This document shows, piece after piece, positions 51,121 to 64,000 of a DNA stretch of 64,000 nucleotides; the stretch's first letter is position 1; every line of letters begins with the position of its first letter. The notes beneath the pieces are model-generated. The model did no database searches. It had not been told where the DNA came from and worked only from the letters and a program-made list of their open reading frames with translations. A program made the position numbers and the translations under genes. Source of the DNA: Sphagnum compactum (taxonomy: Eukaryota); contig OZ234493.1 of assembly GCA_965153455.1 (NCBI GenBank), positions 32,044,213 through 32,108,212 of the forward strand, written 5' to 3'.

Positions 51121-53224
51121 AGGTGAGTGTATCGAGTTGGGTAAGGCCCTTCCTTAGGCAAGGGCGTTCTCTCAAGAAAGGAAGCTCCCGGTCCCAAACT
51201 TGTGTTTAGTTTTGGACCTTTCTTTGATGGATTTTGTCCATTTATTTATTTATCAAATGAGCCCTTAAGTTATTTTTTTTCCTTGTTTGAAACCTCTTGT
51301 TCTTGCCAGTTGTGACTCTGGGTTGAAAAAATTAAAAAAATAGATATAAATATAAATAATTTTTTTTAAAAAAATTTGCAGCAAGTTCCATGAAATCCAT
51401 GGCAAATTAGATTAGAATAGGTGAGGCAAGAACACACCGACCTAATATCTACCCTATTGGTACTCCCATAGTTGTTAAAGCATTGTGAGAAATGTTCAAG
51501 TGTATTTGGAGGGCACCTTATTATAGCCACAAAGATCCTCTCTAGAAAGGATATGATACATACTCCTTTAAGAATAGGAGAAATTTCCAAGTGTATTTGG
51601 AGGGCACACTATTATACCCACAAAGATCCTTTCTACAAAAAATACGATACCTGCTCCTTCAAAAAGTGAGAGGGAAATTAGGTCATAAAAAAAAGGGCTT
51701 TAGAACCCTTGCAACGCCTTTGACATCATCCGTCATGACTAAATTATCACCTGCATTAACACAATCAGAGGATAGCAGAAACAATGTGGTACTTGCGTTC
51801 AGAAGGGATGAGTAGGTGTAACAATCTTCCTTTCTTTTGACAATTGGTGATTTGCTTATGTTTTTGAAATTCAAATTAATATTTGCCTCATGTTTTACAA
51901 GAGATAAACATGCTTTGCTTTACTACGAGTTTGGACTCAACTATATAACCTCGTCCTAAGCCCCCTTACTTTTACAATTCCCTCTACACTTTTACATTTA
52001 GCTTTGTATTGAGCACCCACAGTTCTCTTCAGCTACTACCTTACCTTAAGGTCAGTTTCATCATTAAATAATCGTCAAAATAGTGAAATGAATTTTTTTG
52101 TGAAAATATGAAATTTGACATGTTGCAAATCATCAATAATAATTATCATAATATATATATATATACATCTGAAATTAATTTCTCTAAATGTGACAATATT
52201 ATAAATAGATCATGAGAAATTCAACAATTTGAAAATTTGAAAATGAATTCATTTTTTGAAAAAAATATTATTATTATTATTCATTTTGTCAATGTGGAAA
52301 AATTAGGAATCCATGGAACTGGGACTAGTACACTTTTAGGAAGGTGGAGAAGAATCCAACTTGCCAGGAAGGAACCAGTGTTTTTCTTTATTCAATTTTG
52401 TAATACAAAAAAATTGGCGATTTTCTTTCAAAAAGTTTAGCAAAATTTGTCAAATTTACAGTACTTCTAAACTTTCTAGCAATTTTTATTTTTATTTTGT
52501 CAAAAACATGAAAATAAAAACTGAAAATAGAAACACCAGCAATTTGATCATCCATAAGAATATATTTAGCCAAATATGAAAATTGGCTGTTAACCAAATA
52601 TGAAAATAAAAATTATTTAAGCATATTTTTTATATTGTTAGCTACCTACGTTTTGCCAGGAAATGAAAAGTGAAAAGGAAAAGTGAAGGATGAATATTTG
52701 GATGAAAAGTTAAAGTGGATGATGATTAGCATGGATGACAAAAGTTTGAAGAAACCATGAATCAACTTGGAATGATAAAAGTGGATGATGACGGCAAACT
52801 TTTGCCAAATCACAAATTTGTTTTTCAAAGTGGTGAAAATTTAGTGTTTTAGAGTATTTTTTTTAGTCACCAAATTTAATTTCGATGTGTTTTTTTTTGG
52901 CCAGATTCTATCCTAACAGATAGCCAAAAATATAGAAGGATGCTAAAAAATAAAATAAAAAATTACTTTCGTATTTTCTTATTGCCAAATCTGGCTAATG
53001 TATGACTGCCACTTTGGCTACATAAAAAATTTGGAAAAGAAAAGAAAAGAATTTTTTTTTTAATTTAAAAAAAAAAAACCCTCTGCCCGTGGCAGGCAAC
53101 AGGTGCGCTATCTATCCACCTGCGTGCGATGGCAGTCAACTGAGGGCCCGCCATGGACAAGCCCCGCAAGTTCGAAAGTATAATTGGCGATGGCGAGCCG
53201 CTTTTACGATTCTCTCTCTCTTTC

Positions 53225-53279
53225 GCTTCTTCTTGTCAACCTTCCCAGAAAGCTTCAGCTACTCCAACAATGTTCAACG

Positions 53280-53313
<34 letters not shown>

Positions 53314-53352
53314 GCTTGTCAACCTTCCCAGAAAGCTTCAGCTACTCCAACA
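53225..53352. repeat. ~40-bp direct repeat flanking a (CT)n microsatellite upstream of NCED
   Basis: CTTGTCAACCTTCCCAGAAAGCTTCAGCTACTCCAACA starts at about 53232 and about 53315. Confidence 0.8.
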
Positions 53353-54021
53353 CTCTTTTCTCGACGTCGATTATCCATTCCTCAGGCAGCAGCAGCCGCA
53401 GCTTCCCGTGTGCAGTTTGCGCCCCGTTTTGACCGCGTTTCTGAGAGTGAATCATGAGAGAGCCCTCCACCACTGTTGGGCGCGGGGGGGGGGGTTTTCC
53501 TCAAGGAGTTTTTAATACCCTCCGGTCCCGGTTACTTGACCAATTCGCGACAAGAGAACCGTCGGGTCCGGACATTCGTGAGAGGAAAGGGGGCCAATCG
53601 GGATCTAAGACCCATGCCATCTTTTGGTTCCATAGGGTTGACTCCGGTACCCGGACTGATGACCGGAGGGTATCCGGTGTGCCGCTGGTTTAATACCCGC
53701 CCCAGCACTGGTCTCCCTCCTGCCCCTCTTCTTCCTCTTCCTTCTTTTTGCACAGACCCCTTTTTCTGGTACCTATTTAAACTAGCGTTCTCTGCACAGG
53801 AGAGACCGAATAACATGAGGAGTCCTGAGAAGGAGACTGAAAAGACTGAGGTCCTCCTCTTCTGCACAGATTTTTTTGCCACAATTGTTGTTCAAGAAAA
53901 AATGAATGAAGAACAGCTGCTGAGGTGCAATTTGGTTACGTGAACATTGCATTAGCCTTGTGAGGGAGGAGGAGAGAGACACAAACAGCTGACTGAGGGC
54001 AGACTGAGAAGAAGGTGAGAG

Positions 54022-56055
54022 ATGTTGTTGACTATGGAGTGCACATTTGCTTCTGGGATAGCAGCAGCTAGCAATCCCAGTACTCTTGCAGTGGAGAGGA
54101 GTCTAATGCATGATGATGGTATTGTAAAAGTCCTGCAGCAGCAGCAGCAGCAAAGTTGTACACCAGTGAAGAAGATGTTCTTGCATGCTGTGGGTTCAGT
54201 GGGCGCAAGGAGGAGAACAAACAGCAGAGGCTTGAGGGCTGTTGCACCACTGCAGTCTGCACTTGATTTTACATGTAAACTACATGAGTCAAGTGATCAC
54301 AAGTCCAGATGCAACAACTTCCATGGTTCATTTGGCAGCTCCAGAAGGGATTGTCTGTTCTCAGAGAATTCTGGATTGAGTTGCCTGCATGGGTCATCCT
54401 CTTCTCAAGCACCCACTCTTGCTTCCATAACCACACCAGTGATCACTAGGGATGTGGAGGAGGGGTTTTCCAATCTCGCACCCTCTGTGCCACCAGCAGC
54501 TCCTGAGCAGAACTTGAACCTGTTTCAGAGAATTACAGCATCAGTCCTAGATTGGGTGGAGAAAACAGGGATTGTGGGTTTGGAGAGCAAGTTTCAATTG
54601 CCAGCAGCCATGGACCCATCTGTGCAGCTGCAGGGCAATTATGCACCTGTTGAGGAGAGAAGAGTGATGCATGAGCTTGAGGTGATGGGAAAGCTCCCCC
54701 AAGGCCTGGAGGGCATGTATGTGCGCAATGGGGCTAATCCCCAGTTTGTGCCTACAGGTGGTCACCATTTGTTTGATGGTGATGGCATGCTGCATGCTGT
54801 ACAATTCAAGCAGGGTATTGTCAGCTACTCCTGCAGCTTCACTCGCACACACCGCTTTGTCAGGGAGCAGGAGGCAGGTCGCCCCTTGTTCCCCAAAGCT
54901 ATTGGTGAGCTTCATGGTCATGCTGGAGTGGCACGTTTGCTTCTGTACACTGCTCGCTCCATCTGTGGGCTTGTGGATCAGAAACTAGGGATGGGTGTTG
55001 CCAATGCAGGTGTGGTGTTCCACAATGGCCACTTGCTTGCCATGTCTGAGGATGACTTGCCATACCATGTGCGAGTGTTGGAACACGGTGAACTGGAGAC
55101 AGTTGGGCGCTATGATTGTGATGGGCAGCTCTCATCATCCACAATGATTGCACATCCCAAGGTTGATCCTGTTTCTGGGGAGCTTTTTGCTCTTAGCTAC
55201 AGTGTTGTAACTGCTCCATTTCTCAAGTACTTCTACATCTCGCCCCAGGGCATCAGAGGTCCTGAAGTCTCCATCACACTCGCGGAACCAACCATGATTC
55301 ATGACTTTGCCATCACTGAGAATTTTGCAGTGATTCCTGACCAGCAGATGGTGTTCTGCCTCAAAGAGATGTTCTCCGGAGGTTCTCCAGTGGTTCACAA
55401 TAGCAAGAAGAGTTCTCGCTTTGGCATTCTGCCTAAGTACGACCGGACTGAAGCTCGACTGCAATGGATAGATGTTCCAGATTGTTTCTGTTTCCATCTC
55501 TGGAATGCATGGGAGGAAAAGGAGGACATTGTGGTGATTGGCTCATGCATGACACCTCCTGACAGCATCTTCATTCAGTCTGATGAAGCCCTCAAGAGCA
55601 CCTTGTCTGAGATTCGTCTCAACAGAACCACAGGAGTCTCTACCAGGCATGAGATTACCAGCTTGAACTTGGAAGCAGGTCAGATAAACCACAACTTCCT
55701 GGGCCGCAAGAGCAGGTACATGTACCTTGCAATTGCTGAGCCCTGGCCCAAAGTGTCAGGCATTGCAAAGGTGGATTTAGTCACTGGGGAGGTGACAAAG
55801 TACATGTATGGACACAAGTGCTATGGTGGTGAGCCTACTTTTGTGCAGCATTCATCTGATCCTTTGGCAGCAGAGGATGATGGCTCTCTACTTGTATTCA
55901 TGCATAATGAGAACACAGGCCAATCCAAGCTTCTGGTGCTGGATGCAGCGTCTGCCTCATTACAGTTGGAAGCCTCTGTGAAGTTGCCCTCCAGAGTGCC
56001 TTATGGCTTCCATGGTACATTTGTGACTGCTGAAAATTTAGCCAAACAGCAATAA
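54022..56055 (+). CDS. NCED: 9-cis-epoxycarotenoid dioxygenase (ABA biosynthesis), intronless, with long plastid transit-like N-terminus
   Basis: 677-aa ORF with 'LNLFQR', '[13 protein letters not shown]', 'YVRNGANP...[14 protein letters not shown]', '[17 protein letters not shown]' and 'GMGVANAG...[11 protein letters not shown]'. The four Fe-binding His lie in 'MIAHPK', 'MIHDF', '[10 protein letters not shown]' and 'YGFHGTF'. '[14 protein letters not shown]' and '[11 protein letters not shown]' favour NCED over CCD1/4. Confidence 0.93.
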   Translation: MLLTMECTFASGIAAASNPSTLAVERSLMHDDGIVKVLQQQQQQSCTPVKKMFLHAVGSVGARRRTNSRGLRAVAPLQSALDFTCKLHESSDHKSRCNNFHGSFGSSRRDCLFSENSGLSCLHGSSSSQAPTLASITTPVITRDVEEGFSNLAPSVPPAAPEQNLNLFQRITASVLDWVEKTGIVGLESKFQLPAAMDPSVQLQGNYAPVEERRVMHELEVMGKLPQGLEGMYVRNGANPQFVPTGGHHLFDGDGMLHAVQFKQGIVSYSCSFTRTHRFVREQEAGRPLFPKAIGELHGHAGVARLLLYTARSICGLVDQKLGMGVANAGVVFHNGHLLAMSEDDLPYHVRVLEHGELETVGRYDCDGQLSSSTMIAHPKVDPVSGELFALSYSVVTAPFLKYFYISPQGIRGPEVSITLAEPTMIHDFAITENFAVIPDQQMVFCLKEMFSGGSPVVHNSKKSSRFGILPKYDRTEARLQWIDVPDCFCFHLWNAWEEKEDIVVIGSCMTPPDSIFIQSDEALKSTLSEIRLNRTTGVSTRHEITSLNLEAGQINHNFLGRKSRYMYLAIAEPWPKVSGIAKVDLVTGEVTKYMYGHKCYGGEPTFVQHSSDPLAAEDDGSLLVFMHNENTGQSKLLVLDAASASLQLEASVKLPSRVPYGFHGTFVTAENLAKQQ

Positions 56056-56188
56056 CATACTATACATGTACATCAAGCTACAGTTGTATGTGCATTTTGT
56101 ACATCAAACTGAGTGCAACCAAGGATGGCAGATTGCTGCAGCCCCTGTTGTAGATAAGACCATTGAAACCCACCCCCGAAACAGTAGT

Positions 56189-56552
56189 AGATCTTTGCAA
56201 CCCTTGTAATTCTCAATCAAATCTTTGATAGGAATCAGCATCTGTCTGAGGGTACTTGAAAAACCAGCTCACTAACATTTTTTCAGTCTTGGTTTGTGAA
56301 ATCGAGCCCTGATTGGAATCTTCACTTTGTATGATCATGTTGACGTGATGTCATCTTGGATCCCTCCAACTGTATTGGAAAGACGTCCATCAGTGCCCAG
56401 ATCTGTGCAACCCTTCAAATCCTAGATCAAGTCTTTGATCTTGATGACCCATGAGCATCATCTGTATTTGGAGCTGAGACAAGCTCATTCATCTTTTTCC
56501 AGTCTTGGTTTTCTGAAATCAAGCTCAGGTATGAATCCTTAAATGTATGATC
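56189..56552. repeat. Diverged tandem duplication (~210-bp period) downstream of NCED
   Basis: AGATCT.TGCAACCCTT...TCTTTGAT...AGCTCA...CAGTCTTGGTTT..TGAAATC.AGC...TGTATGATC occurs at about 56189 and 56399. Confidence 0.7.
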
Positions 56553-57365
56553 GATCACATTGCAATTTTTTTCCATCATAGAGAAGCCCAAGTAAATTGA
56601 AAAAAGGCTTTGTACAAGTCCATTTACATACGTACATAGATACTTCCAACTCTATACTGTTGTATTGGCTGCCCTTGATGAGGCTCCATCTCTCATTCAT
56701 AGACCAGGTGAGACTCACTAATGCTAGTGCAAGAGCAATGCATTAGGTGGGTCATGTATATCTGACTTCTTTACTTGATAAGTTAGTGACACTATTTAGT
56801 GATGAGCTTCACCAGTAGCAAGGTTGTTATATAGGGCTTTTGGCATAGCTCTCTACTTGTACACCGTTTCTAATCTATTTCTTGATGGCCAAAGACTTTG
56901 TGATTTTCACCTCTTACTGTTCTGATTCAATCAAACCTCAAATTTGCAATGCTTTGACCAAAGGAGGATTGCTACTTTTTATGATGTCGTTTTGTTGAAC
57001 AACTTATTGTTTTGACAGTCTGCTTGTTGGAGATGGATGTTGTGTTTCAATGTATTATTGTGACACGAATGCACACATATATTTATATTTGATGTAATTT
57101 ACCTCCATAACAGGGAGGGGATATCTGATTTCAAGTAGGTTTCTCATACTTCATGAAGTTCTGGCTACCTATTCACTTATAGAGGCGGGTTCGTCTTTCC
57201 ATAGAGGTTTTTGTCAGCCATTGATTCTGTCTTGTTTGATAAACCCTAAACCCTAAACTGATTTTTGAGAATCATGGTTATAGATCATAATTGGGTCTTT
57301 GATTTTTTGAAAAATTACACTTATGAACCATAAGAACCACTCCAATAACCATCAAAGATATGTTT

Positions 57366-60300
57366 CAATGTTGTGTTTGTAAATGTAAATAGCCATATGT
57401 ATGGCATGTAAAATCATGTAAATGTAAATTATTTACATATAATTTATATTTATACATCAAAAACATATATATGTTTATTACACTTACCAATCATGTAAGT
57501 TTTTTTCATTCACATTTGCATACGCCCATGTCATTTTGTGGGGGTTGTGTATATCAACATAAATAGAATTAGGGTTTTGAGTTTTTTTGTTTGTAACAAC
57601 TAGAATTGTGGTCCTATGTTTAGTCATGAACTTCTTAATTGCACCATTGCCAACTCCTTTTATGGTCTTTTTTTTAATGAGCATTGCGCCATTGCCAATT
57701 TGTTTGATAGTCTTTTCCCTTCAAATGTGCAAGTTCACTTTCATTGTCTTGAATTTCATGGTTGTACAATCATCTTCTAATGTGGTCTTACTCTTATTTG
57801 TAATCTTGTGGGGGCAATCTTGTTCTTGTTTGTGATCTTGTGATGTGCAAGGTAGAACAACAAGGAGCAAAACATGTTTTTTCACTATCTTTTTCAAGTG
57901 AACTTGTTTGCTTTTAATCATGGTTTCATGTTTAAGGGTTTGTTTTCATTATTATTGTTTACGGTCTTCAAGTGTATTTGTTTTGACCATCATTCGGAGT
58001 GGTCTTATTCTTGCTCTTGTTCTGTGTAAAGTAAAGTAGTTTTGAAGATTGAAAATATGCACAAAGAGCTAAAAGTGAAGTGTTTTTCTCACACTCAAAG
58101 AGCTTCACACTACATGTAGGTGCTTTTTCTTTGTTTAAAATGAACTTGCTCACTTTCTTATTTGAAGGGTGCACTTTTTGGTCTTTTGATGTGTGTGTTC
58201 GTTGTTTTTGTTTGTGTTCTTGAGATTTGGCTTAATCATAATTGATTTTTTATTGTTCCAGTTTAGTTTTGATCCTATTCATGGTCTTGTTGCGTGTAAG
58301 GCAAAACAACAAGGAGCAAATAAAGGACCTAGACAAAAAGTAGATAAAAGATGCGCATAATGTTTTTCCAACTTCATTTTAGGTGAACATTATCACTTGC
58401 AAGCCTATTTGTGGTCTTTGTTGGTCATGCATTTTTTTGTTGTTCATTGTTTTGGTTCGTGGTCTTGGCATGATCGCATTTTTCTTTGTCATGTTATTGT
58501 CTAGTCTTGCTCTAGTTCATGTTCTTGATATATGCAAGGTGTAGCAACAAGGAGAAAAAAAAGGAGACCCGAAGAAGTGACACAACACTTTTTTAACTCT
58601 TTTTTATGTGAACAAGCTCATTTGCTACTATTATTTGTCTTTTGTTGGTCATGATGTTGTGTTCCTGGTCATTTTTTAAAATTATGATCCTTTGTTAATC
58701 ACAATGGTCTTTGTTGTGTTTTAGTGTGGTTTTGCTCATGTTTATGGTCTTTGGTTATGCAAGGTGAAACAACAGTGAAAGATTGCCACCTAACACCATA
58801 AGAACACTTGCAACCCAACAACTACTCTTCCCCAATTCTTCCTTGGTCCTCAAGAACACCAACAATCTTCCAATTTTCTTGTAGTGATGGTTTTGCCCAC
58901 CAACGCCCCATAGTAATTACACATTACAATAAAAATAATTCCCCTTAAAACATTTTCCCCCTAGAAACATCTTTTAGAAACAACATTGAAAGCTTAATTG
59001 TTTTTTGCTTAAAGTGAATTTTGTTAATCTCCTTATTCAATTTACATAATTTTCAATTTTTGTTAATGGGTGGCAAAATTGTAATTTTATTTAATTTGCA
59101 ATGTGCAAGCTATAGCAAGTCATGAGGAATTTGTTTTTCAGTTTGGAGGCTTTAAGCTCATTGCCAAATGAATCAAATTATGTGCATGTGCCCAACCTTC
59201 CATTTAGTTCAATTAGTCATGCATTTAAATGAACCCAATTGTATTTTAACATGAACATGGAAACTTCTAGTAATCATGTATTAAGACATTTATTGACTTT
59301 ACATAAGCAAGCCAAATTTTGGGCTACATGGAACTTCAAGTTTGTTCCATGGGCAGTTTTTGTTGTGAATGATGGGGCTTTTCCTAATTGTGACCAAATG
59401 CATCAATTGAAATGTAATATTATTCATGTTGTCCCTCTTTCATTGATTGAAATGAAGAGAAAAGGCCAAAAATGATCATTGCACATATACATTATCAACT
59501 TGGAAACAAGTTTTATACAAAGGGAAAAAACACACTAAGGTGTTACAATTTCGGCAAATTAGAATCCCTTTCCAAAGTCTTTTTCTAATGTAATTGAAAT
59601 TTGGCTTAAAATATGAATATTTAGATGATATTGAAAGTAACATTTCTTTTCATTTCCAATTTCAAATCATGATGCTACAAGACATATAAGAAATATCACA
59701 AAATAATTTTTTTTTTAAATAATTACAATTTTTGGGATTTAAAAAAGTCCATAACATAATAAATTAAAATCACATTCCATTCATTCAATGGATCTTTAGT
59801 TTTTAAAACATAATTCATCCAATATTCCAAAGTTTCGAACACATAAAACTTACACATTGTAAGATAAAAGTCCATATCCATGAGTTTTGCAAGTGTGACA
59901 AAAAATGTGGGCAAAATTCAAAAGTCCATTACTTATTAATTATCCATGATTTTGATTTGTATTATGTTAGATTTAGATAAATGAATCCCTTTTTCATTAT
60001 TTCAATGAATGTTATTTTATTTATTTTCTTGTATTTAAGGAACACAAGAAAAACTATCATTATGATGTCCATATAAGGTCATCATAATGTGCAAACACCC
60101 CAAAGCACTTGGCGCTTCTAATTACATATATTATAGAATTATTAGTGTGAGTGAAAACACCTCATGGTCACAATCAAATAATGATGGGGGTAATAAAATT
60201 ATGCAACCTGCAAAGAAATGCCCAACAATGGCACTAGGTGCAATTTTTTCTTTTTCCTTAAAGTAACATTCTTTACAATCTAAGCATGATGAGGCTCAAA

Positions 60301-62611
60301 AATTGTTTCTAAATGACTTGGTGTTGCTCACAACTAAAGGGTTTTTCCCTTTGAAAACCTATGAAAACATATCAATGTGTAGGTTGGTTTTGAGCTTTAA
60401 TCCCAATGTTGTTTTTCCTTTTCAAACTACATAATTTGAAGAGACCATTCCTACCATGGCAATTTGTTAGTTGAATTTGCATGTGCAACCTCAACTTGAT
60501 GCCAACCCATATTGTTTGATTTGTGAATTAATAGGGGGCAACATGATACCTTTGTTATTGTCATACACTTTATATTTGTAGATTAAAAGTTTCAAGATGT
60601 TATAATAGGTCTTTTTGAAGCCAATGACATTATTGGGCATGGGTTGGCAAGGGAATTGAAGGCCATGCTTGAAAAGTTTGGTTGCATTTTCAAGATTTGA
60701 AGTAAAGAAACGATGAAAGTATCAATTTGGGGAGCATGATCATGACCTTAAAGTTGGTAAATTTTTGTGAGGCATTAAGTTTGCTTGAACTTTTTTGATG
60801 ATGCATGTTTCAAACATGCCATGGGCAAGGTAACTCAATATGAAACTAACATGATGACAAAATTTCCAAGGACCTTGGGTTAATTAGTGTGAAATTTGTG
60901 TAAGAATCCTTTTAGGTTTACATTAGATAATAAAAAAAATTAGGTCTATTGACAATTTTCATTTTTGCAATGCAAGCATTTATAGGTTGTGAAATGCATA
61001 ACAAAATTGATCCTCCTTTTTCATTATGCATCGTAGGCAAGGGGGCAAAACAATGGAAGTGTATTTATATAGATTCTAGTTTGCTTGAATGCAAACTAAT
61101 TACACTAGTGAAGACATGTTTTACATCCAAGGTCGCCATGTTTCAATAATGCCTAGCCTATTGAATTGCAATTGTCATGTGTTTTAATTGTTAGATAAAG
61201 GCTTTTATTAACAAGATTCCTTTTGCACAAACTTGGGCTATTGTGAAGGCCATTTATGATGCATTTTCTCTTGTAATTGGATGTGTAATTAACCAATGTC
61301 ATGGGTATTGACTATTGTCAAATGTTCTTGCCTCAATAATCAAGTTGTACAACTTCTAAAGAAGAAATTGAAGTTGTAGGCAAAAGTCAATGTTGTTGAA
61401 GATATGGACATGTGCACCAAGGTGAAACAACTTGATGCCAACATGCAAAGGTAAGTAACCATGGTTCTAAAACCTTTCCTTTGATTTCATGGATTGTTTG
61501 AAGTTTTTTAAAGTTCATAATATGTTTGCTTTTATGTTTGATCCTTGGTTTAAGGACTTGAGCCTAATGCTTAAGAGATTAGGTTGGCCAAGCTTCAAAA
61601 GTTGAAATTGCTATTACATATGATAGCTAACTCCTCTTCCCAACCTCCAAGACTTTATACTAAAAGTTGCATAAATGGTTGAGTGCATTTTCAAGTGTTG
61701 TGCATAAGAAATTGTGTGCAATATTAATGTTGTTTTTGGAATAGGGATGTTTGAAAATGAAACTTGTTTTGAATAATTAAGTGTTTTTTCTTTCACATCT
61801 TTGGAAGAGGTTATGAATTTAAATTTTTTTCTTGTATGCACATTTTGAGCTAACTTATTTGGAATAATTGTGTGTGAATGTAGGTTTGATAGGAAATATC
61901 ATGCTTTTGCACGTTTGATGTGTCATTGGAAGAAGTAAAAGGCCTTCTTCTTTGGTGGTCAAATCATGAAAGGCAATTGTCAATAGTTACCTATTTAAAC
62001 ATACTTGGTAGTTAGATTGAGGCAAAACATGTGTTTCCTATTGCAAGCATTCTCATAGGTCTTTGTTGGTGTTGACTTGATGTGAAAAACTTGGATCTCT
62101 TAATTCTTTTGATTAAAAATTGATTTGATAATCCTACCAATATTGATGTTGAGCACTAAGGAGGACCTAAAAATGTAGATGGGTTTGGCAAGGTTGAGGA
62201 CATATTAGATGTGATAGATGTTGAATTTCCTGATCAAGTTGAAGGTCAAAAAGAGGATTATGTCCAAAATTGCGTTTTGTGTGATGATTTTGGTAATATA
62301 AATTGTTCATGATGTAGTTGATACCTCTTAGTCTTAATTGAACTCCTATGCCTCTTTTGCCAAGTTTTGTTGTAAATATGTCAATTCAATGATCACATTG
62401 TAAACCATGAATGCATATTAGTTGTTTGGTCTGAACCCTTCATATGAATGATTCAAAGTTTGCATGTTTTGACATTTTTTTGTTTTTTTTTTAATTCTTT
62501 TTTTAAAAAGTATTTTACATAGACCAAAACCAATTTTTACATTTATACTTACATCCCCCACCCTATACACTTACAAAATATGTAAATGAACCATAAACAT
62601 GCATGACATTC
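57366..62611 (+). mobile_element. Decayed, apparently full-length hAT element (transposase relic about 60050-62260)
   Basis: Termini CAATGTTGTG and CATGACATTC form imperfect TIRs with ATGTAAA subterminal repeats. The candidate 8-bp TSD is ATATGTTT/ATTTGTTC (6/8 identical). Relic motifs include 'QKLFLNDLVLL..KGFFPL', 'ACFKHAMGK', 'KLITLVKTCFTSK', 'MFDPWFKDL' and 'LLWWSNHERQ...IEAKHVF..ASIL...LDVKNLDLLI'. Confidence 0.72.
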
Positions 62612-63409
62612 ATTTGTTCATTTTTTGATAACCACTAAAAATTAGTATTTACAGCGTAAATTGGGTGGTTGTTGGTTCTAGTTTTTTGATTTGCATAACT
62701 ATGTCCTTTGATATGAAAGAGATGAATTTATGACATATAACCATGTCTTGAATAAATAAAAAAATAGTTTTTAGTAAATATCATTGTAGTTTACAAAAAT
62801 TAAAAAAACCAATCAAAGTACCTTTTGTAAAACTATTGGTTTTTTTACGTTTCTTTCATCAAAACTAGTTCTCTCATGGTTTGACTTTTGAAATAATTGG
62901 AGTCTTGAACTAGAGGGCATTTAAAATTTTCAAAAACTCAAAACTGAGTGCTATTAACAAAATGAAATAACTGCCCAACATTAGTATTTATTTAAGCTTT
63001 TCACCTTGTTTAAAAAGATTGGCAATTAATAGTTCAAGGTAGATTCTTTGTCCTTGTTCTTTGATCTTTTAGAATGTTCACAAAACATCAAAACCCATTT
63101 GGTTGGTTCTTCCTATTTAAGAAAACTTTCAATCCTAGTTTTGACATTTCAATTTTTTTCTAATGGGTTTTACAAGTGCAAGTTTGAACCTAACTCTTCA
63201 AATCTCTAATCATGCAACTCCAATTTTGGCACCTTTTTCAAGTTAAAGGAACCTTTGGGTGATTTTGAACCCAATTTTCCAAAATCCCTAAACCATGTGG
63301 TTTCAACTTTGGCATATTTTTTCCAAATTCAAGAACCTTTGAAGGCAATTAAAAAACTAAGTCAAGTTCTATGTACACTACACACTCCACATGACTAAAG
63401 AAATGACTC

Positions 63410-63970
63410 GTTTTAATTTGGTAGAATATAATAATCGGCCTTAGTAGGTGGTTGCATTAAAATTGTCTCATGAAAATTCTCCTTTTTTTATGTTTGTTAG
63501 TGAGCCTTGTTTTGTTGGCTCGTGAAAGGTGATGGTATGAAATGGCAAATTGGATAGCCAATGGGAAATTCTCATGCATTTCTCGATGGGAAGAAGAGCA
63601 AATACAATGGTAAACTAGAGATTGTTCATGCATTTCCCCATGCTATGCGAAAGGACAAACAAAAAGGACCAAATATGATGATAAAACACTAATGATTTGG
63701 TTGAAAAAATGATTCAAGTGTCATCACTAAAAGTTTTGAAAGAGGTCTAAATATGATCCCTTATTGGCCCAAGTGTGAATTCAAATGTCATTGGTCTTCT
63801 TACTAGTGCTAAGGTTTGGGACACTAAAAGGAAAAACCAAAGGTCCAATATGATGAAGATGCATTTTGATTGGTTGAAAATGGTTCAAGTGTTATTGGTC
63901 AACGTGTGAAGCAAGTGTGAACATCACTTTTTTATTAACTCAAGTGTGAATTCAGATATCATGGTTATAA
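63410..63970. repeat. Dispersed or tandem repeat with recurring AATATGATGA...GATTGGTTGAAAA...TTCAAGTG...CAAGTGTGAATTCA blocks
   Basis: The blocks repeat at about 63670-63790 and 63845-63960. Confidence 0.55.
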
Positions 63971-64000
63971 TGTTCTCGGGCACGGGATCTCGGATGGTTA

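Noticed and set aside
6501..56055. Functional gene cluster (glucanase, WEE1, CSE1, WD40, NCED)
   Set aside because: The genes belong to unrelated pathways with ordinary spacing, and nothing in the sequence indicates co-regulation.

Overview
This is AT-rich, intron-containing land-plant nuclear DNA. The PLS-PPR debris, the dispersed repeats and the frequent AAACCCT motifs suggest a moss, probably Sphagnum (inference). Five apparently intact genes can be built by hand with GT-AG introns: a GH17 beta-1,3-glucanase with X8 domain and GPI-type tail (6501-9130, +), WEE1 kinase (11598-14795, +, 10 exons), exportin-2/CSE1 (17493-20724, -), an AN11/TTG1/LWD/DCAF7-family WD40 protein (42139-44521, +) and an intronless NCED (54022-56055, +). 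The rest is mostly transposon debris: three decayed hAT elements, a TA-flanked MITE, an RPN13 exon relic, PPR fragments and tandem repeats. The most striking structure is a four-level nest at about 27.9-36.3 kb. A hAT transposase is split inside its CxxH-like motif by about 1.2 kb of host-like exon/intron DNA with no target-site duplication (TSD). That DNA carries a near full-length Rep-PIF1 Helitron, whose helicase is interrupted by a 953-bp solo LTR with a perfect 5-bp TSD. I found no convincing novel multi-gene system. All calls come from reading the sequence; no database searches were run.
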